64,000 bases of DNA from Polymyxa betae A26-41 (Eukaryota; Protista; Endomyxa: Phytomyxea). How positions within the stretch are numbered: position 1 is the first letter of the stretch; the number at the start of each line of letters is the position of its first letter. The position numbers and the translations under genes were made by a program. Positions 12,011-24,017 of this stretch are shown piece by piece. A model generated the notes under the pieces. That model was given only the letters and a program-made list of their open reading frames with translations, ran no database searches and had not been told where the DNA came from. The stretch spans positions 1 to 64,000 of the forward strand of contig RBZT01000684.1 in the NCBI GenBank assembly GCA_003693705.1, in the 5' to 3' direction.

Positions 12011-13456
12011 ATGTGGAGTCGTATACTAATTTTATTGCTGCTTACATATCGAGCCCATTCGGTGATATTATTCCTCACTGGCGCTTTAGCCAATACCAGC
12101 TTTAGCTGTGCAACTGTTAACAAATTAATAGGCCCGCAGGCTAAAGTAACAACCTCGCCGGTCGTCGCAGAGCTGCTTGTTCATCGTCAAGCCGATCCTT
12201 GTGTTATTGATAACACCGATGTCAGCAAAAAGGTTGTTTATTTAACAGTGAACGGCGCCTGCGCCGATGAGAAAATTTACGAAAATTTTTATGCTCGTGG
12301 CGCTGTCGCTATTGTTCGCTCTACTGATATGGTACCTGGAAGCGATTACAACCTCGGCAATGAGGATGCTCGCCAGCATCCCAATTGGAATGCTGTTCCT
12401 TTTGTTGAACTCTCTATTGATTACGCTTCGACCATGATTGCCGGCAATGGTGCTCTGGTCTCTCTTACTCCAGACCCCAATCTCTGGCAGTCTACTTACA
12501 GCTCGCTCTTGTATCAAGTTTTTCTACGATGGATACCTTCGCTCACCGCTTTTATAACATTCAGCTTTGCAGTCTCGTTTCTGTCCCAACATCTTCGTAT
12601 TCTGCGCAAGAAGTACTTGATTACAACGCCAGTAGGAAATGAATCAACCTCCAGCTGGCTTTTATTCCTCAGAATGAACGCTAACGTATCTTTGATAGCT
12701 TTGACAATCGAGGCAATTTCATCTGTAACTCTTATGCTTATCTGGTCGGTTGGCGGGTTCTGGTCAACCTCGAACTTACCCGCTCCGGTCGTTCGATTCT
12801 TTGCAACCCAACTATCAGGCTTCGCCTATATCACCACAATGCTGTCAGCGCGGTTTTGGCATAAAATGGTTGCTGAGTTGACACCGGCAAAGAGGCCCAG
12901 CAAGCCTCCTTCCTTTCTGAATCGTGCTCTCAGAGGGAAAGTACTCCTAGTTAACGTCGTGAGCATTTGCGGTCCACTTGTTCTCGATTTGGTATTAGAT
13001 GTTGAATACGCTCGATACAAAGATCGTCAATATCCCAGCCTAGTCACTATCAACGCTCTGGTCTTCGTTTCTATTGACATTGTCCTAGCTGTGTACTTCC
13101 TCCAAGGATCCATCATGCTCCAGATGCAAATGGAATCGTTACTTAGGCGCTTGCAAGGCGACGGCCAGAGTCTTCGAGACTTTCGATTTCGAACAATTCG
13201 CTGTGCTTCTGGCCTGGGGATTTGCATGCTCACGTGTAGCACCGCCACCTTGATTGCAGGTTTAGCCCCGGGATTCTATGTAACGCCCAAAGGCTGGACG
13301 ATTTGCTGGAGCATGTTCACCAACGCTCGTATCCTGCAGTCTCTGTTCCATGTCATAATGTTCCGTCCGGCGACGAAGTCTGAGGTTCCATCCAGGATGA
13401 CACCGAACAACCGCAGCAAAGATTGGAAAAGTAGCTACGTTCCAGATCAACCTTAG
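12011..13456 (+). CDS. Intronless signal peptide + PA (protease-associated) domain + 7TM GPCR-like protein
   Basis: 481-aa ORF with an N-terminal hydrophobic leader. KKVVYLTVNGACADEKIYENFYARGAVAIV fits the PA-domain consensus. Seven hydrophobic segments follow. Confidence 0.7.
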   Translation: MWSRILILLLLTYRAHSVILFLTGALANTSFSCATVNKLIGPQAKVTTSPVVAELLVHRQADPCVIDNTDVSKKVVYLTVNGACADEKIYENFYARGAVAIVRSTDMVPGSDYNLGNEDARQHPNWNAVPFVELSIDYASTMIAGNGALVSLTPDPNLWQSTYSSLLYQVFLRWIPSLTAFITFSFAVSFLSQHLRILRKKYLITTPVGNESTSSWLLFLRMNANVSLIALTIEAISSVTLMLIWSVGGFWSTSNLPAPVVRFFATQLSGFAYITTMLSARFWHKMVAELTPAKRPSKPPSFLNRALRGKVLLVNVVSICGPLVLDLVLDVEYARYKDRQYPSLVTINALVFVSIDIVLAVYFLQGSIMLQMQMESLLRRLQGDGQSLRDFRFRTIRCASGLGICMLTCSTATLIAGLAPGFYVTPKGWTICWSMFTNARILQSLFHVIMFRPATKSEVPSRMTPNNRSKDWKSSYVPDQP

Positions 13457-13728
13457 AAATAGGCTACTAAATAAAAAAAGAACTGTGATAAGACGAAAGT
13501 TCAAAGTAACAATTCAAGGTTGTTTGAAAGTTTCATGTCAAGGTATCAAACGAGAAGATGACGATGGAACAAATGCCAGCTTGGCTCGAATTTTCCACAA
13601 AAAAAGTTTGCTCTTGACTTTCGTGGCTAAACTGCGTAATCGGGCGTTATCATCAATCTTGAATTTTTCCGTCAGATTTCGACTTCTTCTCTACAGTACG
13701 TATTATATCTGGATTGCATTTTGTGAGA

Positions 13729-15518
13729 ATGTCGAATTCTCAGCGGCCGACGCCAATCTCGCTGCCGTTCAAACTGCCACCGCCCTCTAAAAGCCCACTT
13801 GAATCCTACCTGGATCGACGATGCCATCCTGCCGCAGTCGAGGATGTTAAACGCCGAATCATCGAATCTGTTGATGGTTTCAGATGTTCAAAGAAACATT
13901 TCCCTGGTATGTTTGATGCTTTTGCTTTGGATTTCCTTCCTGTCGCAACTCCATCTTCGAATTCAGCCGTTTTCTTCGTGGGTCTTCTTTCTTTCATTGC
14001 TTGATTTTGCTTCTGTAAATGTTAGCGCTTCATACTGCTCAGCATGCTCAGATAGTCTGCAGGTCCTTTACCAGCAACTGTTTCAAGGTCTGTCTTGCAG
14101 GTGCTTAGCAAAGAGTTATATTGGATTACCGAAAAAAGCGATGGCGAACGGTATATGCTCCTTATATCCAGAGAAGGAGTTTTTCTCATCAATCGTAAAT
14201 TCTTTGTCATCAAAGTTAAATCATCTGTCTATATTGATATATATCAGGTCGAAGCTGTTGTTGTGAGCATTATTGTTCGAGTTTCGCCAAATTTTCTTAT
14301 CTATCTGTTTCTAGACTTCTTTTTTATTTCATTCTTCGACTGCCCCTATCCCACTTCCATGTTTCTGTGAGATTTAATTTTTGGTCAGAATTCGTTACCG
14401 GTTCTGCTCGACGGTGAGGTGATGGATTTGGAAGGCTCCCATGCGATGTATCTTGCCTACGACTGTCTGCTGCTTGGAAATGGCAATCTAACGGGCCGAA
14501 CATTTTCAACTCGATTACAAGCTATTGAATCACTTGTCAAAAGATATGATGAGTACGCTGCCAATCTTCCACCTCCACTCGATTTCCCTTTCATGATAGC
14601 ATCAAAGCTTTTCGTACAGCAGTTCGAAGTCGACCGCATTTTCTCCAAAATTCACCACCATGCCAGGGTCTGCACCTTTATGGCCTTTCACTTCCTTTTC
14701 TGAACTTACCTTGCTATAATTTCGATTCTGCCTTTACCCGCGTTTACCTCTACACAAGGTCTTATTTGTTTCATAGAAAGGCTGGGTATATATCGACACC
14801 GGCAGGCGGAGGTATAATAAGAACGATGGGCTTATTTTAGTGGCTGATAGAGACTCATACGTACCTGAACGTAAGACATCGCTGCTGAAATGGAAGTGGC
14901 CAAACAAGAACACGATCGATTTTCGTTTAAGGAAGCCATTTTTGAGGAATAACGGTGAACTTGAGCTCCTCTGTGGCGGGTAATGTTTTGCTCCAAAATC
15001 TTCATACTCGCCACAGTATTTGGCTGTTGCAGTGCGTTTTGTGTCTTTATGCTTTCTGTCTTTCTACTCGTTTTAATACTGTTATCATATGGACGCTTTG
15101 TCCCGTTATTTCATGTTTTTGTTCAATCTGAAACTTGTTATTCCTCACCGGATCCGTTTCTAAATCCAGCATAGGTATGGAAAAGAGGACCAGGAAATCT
15201 GCGCTCGTCGGTTTCTTCCAACCGGAAACATGGTAGAGCAGCTCGAAGAATGGTCCACGGGTCTCAACAGCGTCATTGTCGAGTGTTTCTATGATGCCGC
15301 GACCGGGCTTTGGAAATTCTGCAATCATCGCCCAGATAAACACAAGCCGAACCACATCCTCACTGTAATACAGGTCTGCGTACTCTCGAAAGCAGCATCT
15401 CAACATGCGATGCTAATTTGTTTCGCAGACAATGGAATCTCTAATCGACAATGTCACAAAGGACGATATGAGAAAAGCCTGCAAACGATACCACGAGCTG
15501 GATAAATCCGTCCTTTGA
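13729..15518 (+). CDS. CEG1: mRNA capping enzyme, guanylyltransferase (Ceg1-like, standalone)
   Basis: FPG..QPVS, motif I EKSDGERY, motif III LDGE, AYD, DGLIL, LLKWK...IDF, IVEC and motif VI RPDKHKPN, spread across short introns. Confidence 0.9.
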
Positions 15519-16039
15519 TCGATTTCCCTATTCTTGTTCGCATATCTCAAGCTGCAACTTAAATCCAGAATGGCAGAGGCCTCGTCGTTCCTCGCTCAAT
15601 TGGTAGGGTTTATTGATTTATTACCCAGATCGGAACTGGAAACCCCATTCTAAAACCCGTCTCTTTTTTTTAATACCAGATCAATGTTTAAATATTGATA
15701 GCAGCTAGGAATTTACACGAGCCGGGCTCTTTGGAATCGTAGACAAGCATCGAATCACGTTTTCACTCTCCCATAACCATTACTTTTGACATTCTCCCTG
15801 CAATCGTTGACTTGCATAGTTGCACTGTATTCGAACCAGCTGCATGACAGCATGAGTGCCTTTTGAGAGATTATAAAAAAGAAACTGATATCAGGACGGG
15901 TTTCGCTGTAACAATACAATTCTGTGCAACTTGTCGATTTTGTTACAAGTTTCTTGGGGAACCCGCATCAGCCATTTGTGTGCGTGTTGAAAACAGCGAC
16001 AGACAGAACCGGACCATTGTGGTCGGCCATCTGATCACC

Positions 16040-18140
16040 ATGCTGGTCTCTACTCACGAGATCTTCTGGCATGCAGGCGACGGCCGCAACCTGCCCGTTT
16101 TCGGTCTCGATATCAGTCGTCATTCGGGGCGGCTGGCAACGGCTGGCGCTGACGCCACTGTCCGCCTCTGGAATCTGACTTCGGGCCCCGATGGCAATGT
16201 TGCCGTTCACCATGTCTCTGATTTAACCCGACATACGAAGCCAGTGAATCAGGTTCGGTTTAGCCCCTGTGGAGCAGAATTAGTAGCTTCTGCTTCTGAT
16301 GGTAAGACCTTAGTGGTTTCCGCTTTACGACCGTTAATCTCAATATCTAATCGTATTAAGCAGTCTTATGTTTTGGAAATTCGACAAAAGTTTTTTTATT
16401 TGTTCAACATTTATTATTATTCGTTTCAATATGTCAAAGTTGACTGATGATATGTTCATATTCCATATTCAACGACTTGCTTTACAGACACATTGGTATA
16501 CATCTGGCAACGGAACGAGAATGACGCTCCTGGCGAATCGGCTGAATCCTGGGGCGTGGTGTCGACTTTACATGGTCACATCTCGGATGTCACCTCGGTA
16601 GCCTGGTCTCCTAATGCTCGACGTCTCGTCTCAGGCGAAATTCAACACCGCATAATCATATGGTGCTTCCAGCTTGATCGATTGCCTTGTTTGCCTTTTT
16701 TTTCGATAAATGTCCCCTTTCTTATTCTGTCAAAGCATTTCTAAGTTGTCTTAAACTATGATTATTGTTTTCCTGTTTCCTTCGCTGCCAAGACAATCGT
16801 TGTTGTTTCTAAAATCGTTAATTGTTTGATTGTTTGACTAATCGTATCGTTCAGGAATGTGGCATCTGGTACTGCGCTGATGACGATCCCGGCGCATTCC
16901 AAGTTCGTCAAAGGCGTCTGTTGGGACCCGCACGATGCGTTTATCGTCTCTCAAAGCTGCGACCGAAGCTGTGTCGTATTCCGACATCAATCGCAGCCGA
17001 AGCCGAAAGAATCGCTTTGCGCCCTGTTCAAGACATTGAAGTCGGCGAGATTTCAGGATAATGACCGCGACGATGGTAAGCCCATTCGGGCCACCGACTT
17101 ATTCGCAGACGACGCCGTCCTATCATACTTCCGTCGCCCGTGCTGGTCCCCGGATGGCACTTTTTTAGTGACGCCAACAGCCATGTTTCAAGATGTCTGC
17201 TGCACATTGGTCTGGCATCGTGACCACCTTGAAAAGTATAATTTTGCCTTTACAATTGCCCTTTCCAAGATATTTTTTCATATTTGTCGTCACCCTTTTT
17301 TTCTCATGGAAATTTGTTTCTAAACTCTCGCTCCAGGCCGCTGTACGTGTTGAGGTCTCCCCAGAAGCCCACCACCATCGTGGCGTTCTGTCCTGCCTAT
17401 TTCCGGCTAAGATCAGGTCCTTGTAATCAAAAGAAGAGATAGTTTCATTTATTTATGCTGATAGAGCCCAATCCCGTGAAGCGCCGGCTACCGCTTCAAT
17501 ATCGGATGGTCTTTGCAATTGCCTGCAACGATGGATCACTGGCAATTCATGATACTGAAATGGAGCCGCCGATCGCATCCATTTCCGGCCTGCACTTATC
17601 GCAGATTACAGATATGAGCTGGTAAGGTTTTTTCTGCTCCAATTTTCTATTAGAGCTTAGCCAAGCATTCACTTTTGTTGACGCTCAGCTGAAGCGAAAT
17701 GGTTTCGTTTATTCGATACCTCGAATCGGGTCATTTTCTAGCGGTTTTTATTTACTGAATCACGATGTCCCTGTTTAGGCTTGCCAAAGGTGAAGCGCTG
17801 GTTGTCTCGTCATCGGACGGGTATGTTTCGACCATTACATTCGGGGCCGACGAGATCGGCGATATCATTCCGATTCCAGGTCACATTGTGCTTTGTTCTA
17901 CTGTGATATCATTTTACTTACTTTCGATAAATTTCAGAATACGAAAAGTTCGGAATTCCAAAACCCGATGTAAATTGGTCTTCTACCAGCCCACGTACCG
18001 ACGAGGGCAGATCTTCGTTGAATCCCGGATCTGACTGGAGGCCAGATCCGGATCCTGATATTGTGGAAATTCCTCCACCGCGACGCATTGTACCACAGCT
18101 CCAACCGCGGCGCGTTCCGCTGATTCACATTGACGATTAA
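16040..18140 (+). CDS. CHAF1B: Chromatin assembly factor 1 subunit B (p60/Cac2/FAS2), WD40 protein
   Basis: EIFWH start, RLATAGAD, LTRHTKPVNQVRFSP, YFRRPCWSPDG, YRMVFAIA, LHLSQITDMSW, SSSDGYVS, and a C-terminal RRVPLI B-domain-like motif. Lacks the long HIRA C-terminus. Confidence 0.85.
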
Positions 18141-18809
18141 CCTCCGCATAAACTACCTATGAAATGAGTTTTTCGACTGCTCTATTCTCCTAGATTTCAT
18201 CCGCGTAATCCAAGTTTGACTTCTGTTAAACAGTGTCTATTGAAAGTCGCTAAGCATCTGCACATCGCTAGAATATTGCTGCGTGTTCGTCGATCGAATC
18301 CCGAATCTGTAAGATTAATTTAACAACTTGACAAAGTGCAAGTTTTCTCGATCGATGCGGACTGGCATTAACGTTGCTGTATTATGTCTGAAGCGTACTC
18401 ATCTCAAACATCTTTTTAGGTCACCGATTTTTTGTTACTCTCAAACATTACAACTTTCATCAGTCCCTACTTTACCGGTCTAGGTTGAGAGCAGAATCAA
18501 CATATATTCCGGATGCTGTGACTCAACTCGATTCAGATTTCAAAGCTGCTCGTTAGCATCGAGTCACCTTCAACAGGCAAGTCCTCATTGACGTATAATA
18601 ATATCTTGTGCTGATCCTTTGTACAGATTTTGGCAAGTTTGATGTTTTCGATATCGGTGTCTTGGCTCTTATTTGTGTCTGATCCAGGATTTCCCCTGAT
18701 CACTGAAACCCAGCGTCGCAAAAAAAATTCTCGCCGGTCTACTCTGTACCTGCTTGAAAGGGGTTCTGAGAGTGTCATTACGCGAAACTTTTTCGCGGTC
18801 ATCATTACC

Positions 18810-19934
18810 ATGACGGGACAACGCTCTGGCTCCAATGGGCGCCCTGGCGATTCATCGACGAAGGCATTGCTTAGTGCCTGGTATGGAGAGTTTCTGACCG
18901 ATACGCTTCGCAACTACCCACGCGCCGACGAGCTTCCGACCACCTTCAACGACTTTGATTACGTCTGGTCGACTTTTCAGACATCCAATCGAAAGCTTCG
19001 TAGCTCAGTCGTCGAACTGACTGATTTTGAGCGTGAGACAGTTTTAGAATACCTTCGCGATCAGCTTCGCGTCCTGGAATTCGACGCTGCCGGCGAGTCA
19101 ATTACCTGGAACCCCGATGAGATCGAGAAGGCCTCTGGTGATAAGCCAGCCGCCCAGCGCCGACCCTGGAGCCAAGCTACGAATGATTGGGGAGCTCCTG
19201 TTCAGACGCCCAAGAACCATTCGCAGGTTGAAGAGTTATTCTGGGGCTCAGCCCCAGCCCAGGGTCCGATCGATCCAGCCTGGCAGTTTTTTGATACCCC
19301 ATCACCCCAAATTCAGTCATCTCAGCCCAAGGCTGCTCCTATGGGTTCCTGGGCTCAGAAAGCTACTTCAAACGGCAAACCTGCCAAGAATGGATCCAGC
19401 GGACCGGCACCCAAGATTGACGATTCAAAGAAGCGCCCCCAGGTTGAGCAGCGACCTCGACCAGAGTCCAGGTCATCTGGTCCTATTGAACCACCTCCGA
19501 AACGCCCGGTGCAACAATCGGCTTCCAAGCGCCCTGTCAAACAGCCAGGCAATCAGAATGATTGGGCAGCAGTTGCTAAGAGAGACAGCAGGAAAGAAAT
19601 CAGGCCCGAAACTCAAGCAAGAGACAGCAGGAAAGAGATCAGGCTCGAAACGCAAGCCGCACAGAAACCTGCAATTGCAAAGAAAGACACCAGAAAAGAA
19701 GCCAGGGTAGAACCAAAGGCCATTGAGAAGAACAGGTCAGCAGCGGTTGTTGATCATGCAAGCAAGAAACGCGAGAAGAAAGAGGATGTTGTAGTAAGGA
19801 AATCGGAATCAGAAAAGAAAACATCGAAAGCAAACGCCCCTAAGACTAATCCTGAAGAGGCACCAACATGGAAGGCAGAGGGCGACGAGAAAAAAGGGTC
19901 CGGAATGGCTTTGCTTGGATTTGACTATTTATAA
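18810..19934 (+). CDS. Hypothetical intronless protein: small N-terminal globular region and long K/P/E-rich disordered tail
   Basis: Open frame of about 375 aa from the ATG at 18810. Confidence 0.7.
   Translation: MTGQRSGSNGRPGDSSTKALLSAWYGEFLTDTLRNYPRADELPTTFNDFDYVWSTFQTSNRKLRSSVVELTDFERETVLEYLRDQLRVLEFDAAGESITWNPDEIEKASGDKPAAQRRPWSQATNDWGAPVQTPKNHSQVEELFWGSAPAQGPIDPAWQFFDTPSPQIQSSQPKAAPMGSWAQKATSNGKPAKNGSSGPAPKIDDSKKRPQVEQRPRPESRSSGPIEPPPKRPVQQSASKRPVKQPGNQNDWAAVAKRDSRKEIRPETQARDSRKEIRLETQAAQKPAIAKKDTRKEARVEPKAIEKNRSAAVVDHASKKREKKEDVVVRKSESEKKTSKANAPKTNPEEAPTWKAEGDEKKGSGMALLGFDYL
19580..19657 (+). repeat. 39-bp tandem duplication within the CDS (RDSRKEIRPETQA / RDSRKEIRLETQA)
   Basis: agagacagcaggaaaga occurs twice with 39-bp spacing. 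Confidence 0.85.
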
Positions 19935-20639
19935 GCAATAAGGTTTAAAAACCCAAATAATAGACATTGTATGAAGCAGTTCGTGTTCTGAATTTTTTTC
20001 TGAATAAGAACAACTTTGGTGTACGTAAATACACTTGATTGACGACAAAAAATTTCCACATAAATGCTAGAGCGAAATTCAATTTGACGCTTGAGATAAC
20101 CAAACATTTTACCTAACAGGTTGTGGTAGAGAAAACAGGGGACACTAACTAGAAATCAACGACTTTTGATACAGAGACAAAGATTAGTCGATCTTCCTGA
20201 AATCTCTACGACTGTAAAGAGCCGAAATACTTCTGCCATATCGTCGCCAAGTAAACCATATCACTATTAGCAGCAGCAGCAAGATCGTCGCCAAAAAGGC
20301 TATCGTGATCATCTTGCACTTCTTTATTAGTTGGAACTTGCATAGAATCTAAGTGCAGCCGACCTGGTGCTCAGGATCCTGTATCCAACTATGCTTAACA
20401 TCGCTCGGTTCGGACCATGATTGCGGTGGCGGCTCGATATGCTCGTCAACGTCATCCCGAATGTAAATGTGGTCTGAAGGCATAGATGACGATGATACTC
20501 AAGGCCACAACTATCTTTGAAAATAAACGGAAAATTTCAAAGTGGTTAAATAAAGAATAAAAGTGCGTTCTTCAAAGAAATTATTCAAATTACAAAACAG
20601 ATTGCAGGGTTGGCACGGATTGGAGGGTGGTCTCCAAGC

Positions 20640-21420
20640 GATAGAAGAGCCGGATCCTCCAGTACAAACCGTTGTGTGGGAGAACGCACGATGAAAAACA
20701 TTGTTTGGCTGAGTTGTTGGAAGTATGAAATTTGTATGGATGACAAATTCCAAAATTCGACCGAAAGGCAATGGGCGGAGTATGATGGGTTCAGCATTCC
20801 TGTGCGAATGCCATGGAATTATCAAACTTGGCGAGGAGCTCGCAGCTCAGCATCCGGATGTTCCAGCCGACTCTACTGTGCTCCTCAAACCGGGGGTTAA
20901 CGCTGAGGGATATTGGAAAAATAGTGATCTCGTCAGCCAGGTGAAAGAGAAAGCTCTTCCCATTTTCAAAATATTGCATCCCAATTGTGCTTGGACTGTT
21001 TATGTTTGACAACAGCCAGAACCACATCGCTAAACCACCTGAAACACTTAGCGCTACCGCTATGAATTTGAAAAACGGAGGTGTCAAGCAACGGCTAATG
21101 AGGAACGGGTGGTTCTTTGACGGTAACTGTGATTGCGTTGAACAGAGAATGGTTCTGGAGGATGGAGTCACCTCAAAAGGCCTGTTACAGGTTCTCCGAG
21201 AAAAGAATTTTATGTAATCCTTCCTTGAATGTAAAAGAAGCCAGAAAAGTTCTTTCTGAGCAGCCAGATTTCCGCGAACAGAGAGAATGGCTAGAGGAGA
21301 CCGTCGTTCAAGGAGGGTGCGTCATTGGGTTTTTACCCAAAGTTCCATTGCGAGTTTAATTATATCGAAATGTTTTGGGGTGCGGCGAAGTCATGGTCTT
21401 GTGCTCGCTGTACATATGGC
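20640..21420 (+). pseudogene. IS630/Tc1-mariner-type DDE transposase relic
   Basis: THDE, KGNGRSMM-SAFLCECHG, GYW, LFMFDNSQNH and [20 protein letters not shown] occur in different frames, indicating frameshifts and stops. Confidence 0.8.
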
Positions 21421-21679
21421 ATCATTGACAAATAGTAGTAGGTTGACACGATCTCTGACGAAGACTTTCAAGGGATTCCATGGTGAAAATGAACAAGCTG
21501 TCCATAACACTCAAATTATGAATGAAAACTTCATGGAAACAACAGCGCTGGCGAAAAGGGGCGACTTCATTCTCATCGGCCCTCCTAACCCATAATCATC
21601 TTCGGAATGGAATCGCGAGCTTGATCGAGTTAATCGCATACCTCTGCACCATTCGTCAGTAGTTAATTTTTGTCTTTTC

Positions 21680-22790
21680 CAGCTAAGTCGACTCCTTCAT
21701 TACATTAGAGATAGATATTTTAACGCCTATAATTCCTTCAGCGTTTTCATCAACATTTGAGGAAGCGGAGATGTTAGTGTTCAATCTTCTGCCTAAAACG
21801 TTTGACAACCCTAATGCGCTCATGTTCAATCAGCAACAGAAGAAAAGGTACTAACAGATTATGAAGTACCTTTATATGGTGCTTCCTTCGACGAGTCCAT
21901 GAAGCTCTTGAGCAGAATGAAGGATGCAAAACCGAACCACCACCCTGATACCTTGTTAAGAAAGTTAAGGACAAGATTGAGGTTTATCTTTGCTAATCAG
22001 GACCTGGTCGTCCACAGTCTTCGCATGGTCTATGCATCGCTTCATGTTATACAATTGTATTAATAAAGTTTTCGTAGGCGGGAAGATGGCCTTGATATCA
22101 AGGTCTAAAGGACCAATGAATTCGACTATATAGGTATGCAGCTCTTCAGGTAGTATTCCTGCATGTGAATTAAGCTGCTCCCTGAACGTAGCGAGCTTCC
22201 ATCTTAAGCAAATTCCATTCCCGTTTATTGACCGCAAAATATAGCTGATGTGCGCGTCGTCAATGGCATCAAACCCTTCGACCGACATCATCCCCTGAAT
22301 GCAAAATCGTCAAGAGACAGATGGAATTACACCTTGTAGCAATCGATACGATTCTACGCTCAGATCACAAAGGAACGAAGGTAAAATCTCAATGAATCTA
22401 GTCAAAGCTTCGTACGCAACGCAATCGAAATCAGAAAACGTCAAGTGCATTGAGCTGTTCCACTGGCCATCCATATACTCCTGCCCAACAATGAAACCTC
22501 GACGTGCTGCCGAACAAAGACTTGATCCAGTCAGCAACCAGGTCGACAGGTGTTGTTAAGAACATTTTGCGCAATCCACACTCGTCCTCTACACAGATGC
22601 AGGGTAAGTATCAAAATTTACTTCTTACAACCACAGGTGCGGCACCTTCATCCACGACGATTAGGAGATCCAGGCATTCAGCTAGGACCTCCACATTATA
22701 TGCCTGTAAGCCATTTCCGCCCTCGCCCACTTCCTTTTGAATTCGAGACTGATCGGCTGCTTCCGCATATTAGTCATGTAGAGGAATAAA
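21680..22790 (-). CDS. Hypothetical intron-containing gene or decayed gene
   Basis: ORFs 22310-22537 and 21965-22291 join in frame over a GTAATT...CAG intron, and further exons are plausible. No family recognised. Confidence 0.35.
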
Positions 22791-23344
22791 CGAGATGAGT
22801 GATTAGATAGAAGGCGTTGGTGCGGCACGTATCATCGAAAACATGCAGACTGTAAACACGATGTTTTACTGTGCATGTGAGATTGGCATCTAAAGCATCG
22901 GAAGCGGTGCTACTTGCGACATCCCCGACTCGGCATACAGAGCCTCTAGCGCCGCACGGCTCTCGGCCACGTGGTGGAGCATGGCCTTAATGTAGGCGCG
23001 CGGTGAACCGTTGGAAACTAGGAGGTCGATAACGGTGGAGTGGACTTCAGTCCAGGCAGTGATGTTGGGGATTTCTTGTCGCGGTGACGCGGATTTAAGA
23101 GCACGCTGCACGGTCTGCATCCGAGGTTTCTTGCCATCATCGCCAGAGCTGGAGGAGACCACATCGTTCGAATCCTGGAGCTTACGTTTCGCCTTGCCTT
23201 TGGTCGCCGCAGACGATTTCGCCTTCAAACAACGGCTTCTTGGACACGAAGATCCACAAACATCTATACTTAAAACTAGATTAATTTTAGTCTGATGAGG
23301 CAGAAAAACATATAAACCTATATAATTCTATTCAAATTATTACC

Positions 23345-23590
23345 TTATCTGTCTAAACAGCGTAGATTACTTAGTCTGTTGTCTCTGCGATCACGATTTA
23401 TGTGATCTATCTCCTTCAATCGCCGTGAATTCGGTAACCACTGCTTACAAACGAGCCGGTGGATGTAGTGATTGCGCTTCCGCCCGTTCTTATACAGAGA
23501 CACTCGTGAGTATCCGTCTTCTCTTTTCCAGGGTTTTATCACTATTCAATCGGCGTTTTTGATAATTCCTCTTTTACTTTCCGCCGTCAT
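23345..23590 (-). pseudogene. Fragment of phage/giant-virus-type NUMOD4-HNH homing endonuclease
   Basis: SKRGIIKNAD*IVIKPW..DGYSRVSLYKNG...IHRLV...IDHINRDRRDNRLSNLR. Has an in-frame TGA and is truncated after NLR. Confidence 0.8.
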
Positions 23591-24017
23591 CTTGTTGTAA
23601 AATGACACGATTATGCCGAACATCGCCGTCAGAACAACCTGTAGTGAAACCAATAAACACCACAGTGATGACGCTACCGCATAAACAATCTTACCAATTT
23701 TGATAAGAAAAATTAATAAAGTTGGTGAGCAAGTATGAAATCAAAAGTAGAACCACGATTTTTTCGTAGATTCCCGTGCTTTGCAGAAACCAAGTATTCG
23801 TCCAGTTTATAGGACGCTAGGTTTCCATGATCGAGTAGTTGAATGACCATCTCCTCATCGCCAGGTGTTAACCAGATTTCAACTTGATTTCTGAACCGGT
23901 GCAAAACCCGCTCATAATCGTAACGTAAGTTTTAAGTCCGAACTTTGAACTGAAGTTCTCAGTGCGGGCTCAACCGGGATGCGGACTTGAGAAATATTAG
24001 GGGCGATATCAAAAAAT

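Noticed and set aside
15590-15650. GCTCAATTGGTAG resembles a tRNA D-arm/A-box
   Set aside because: No T-arm GTTCRA or acceptor-stem pairing nearby.
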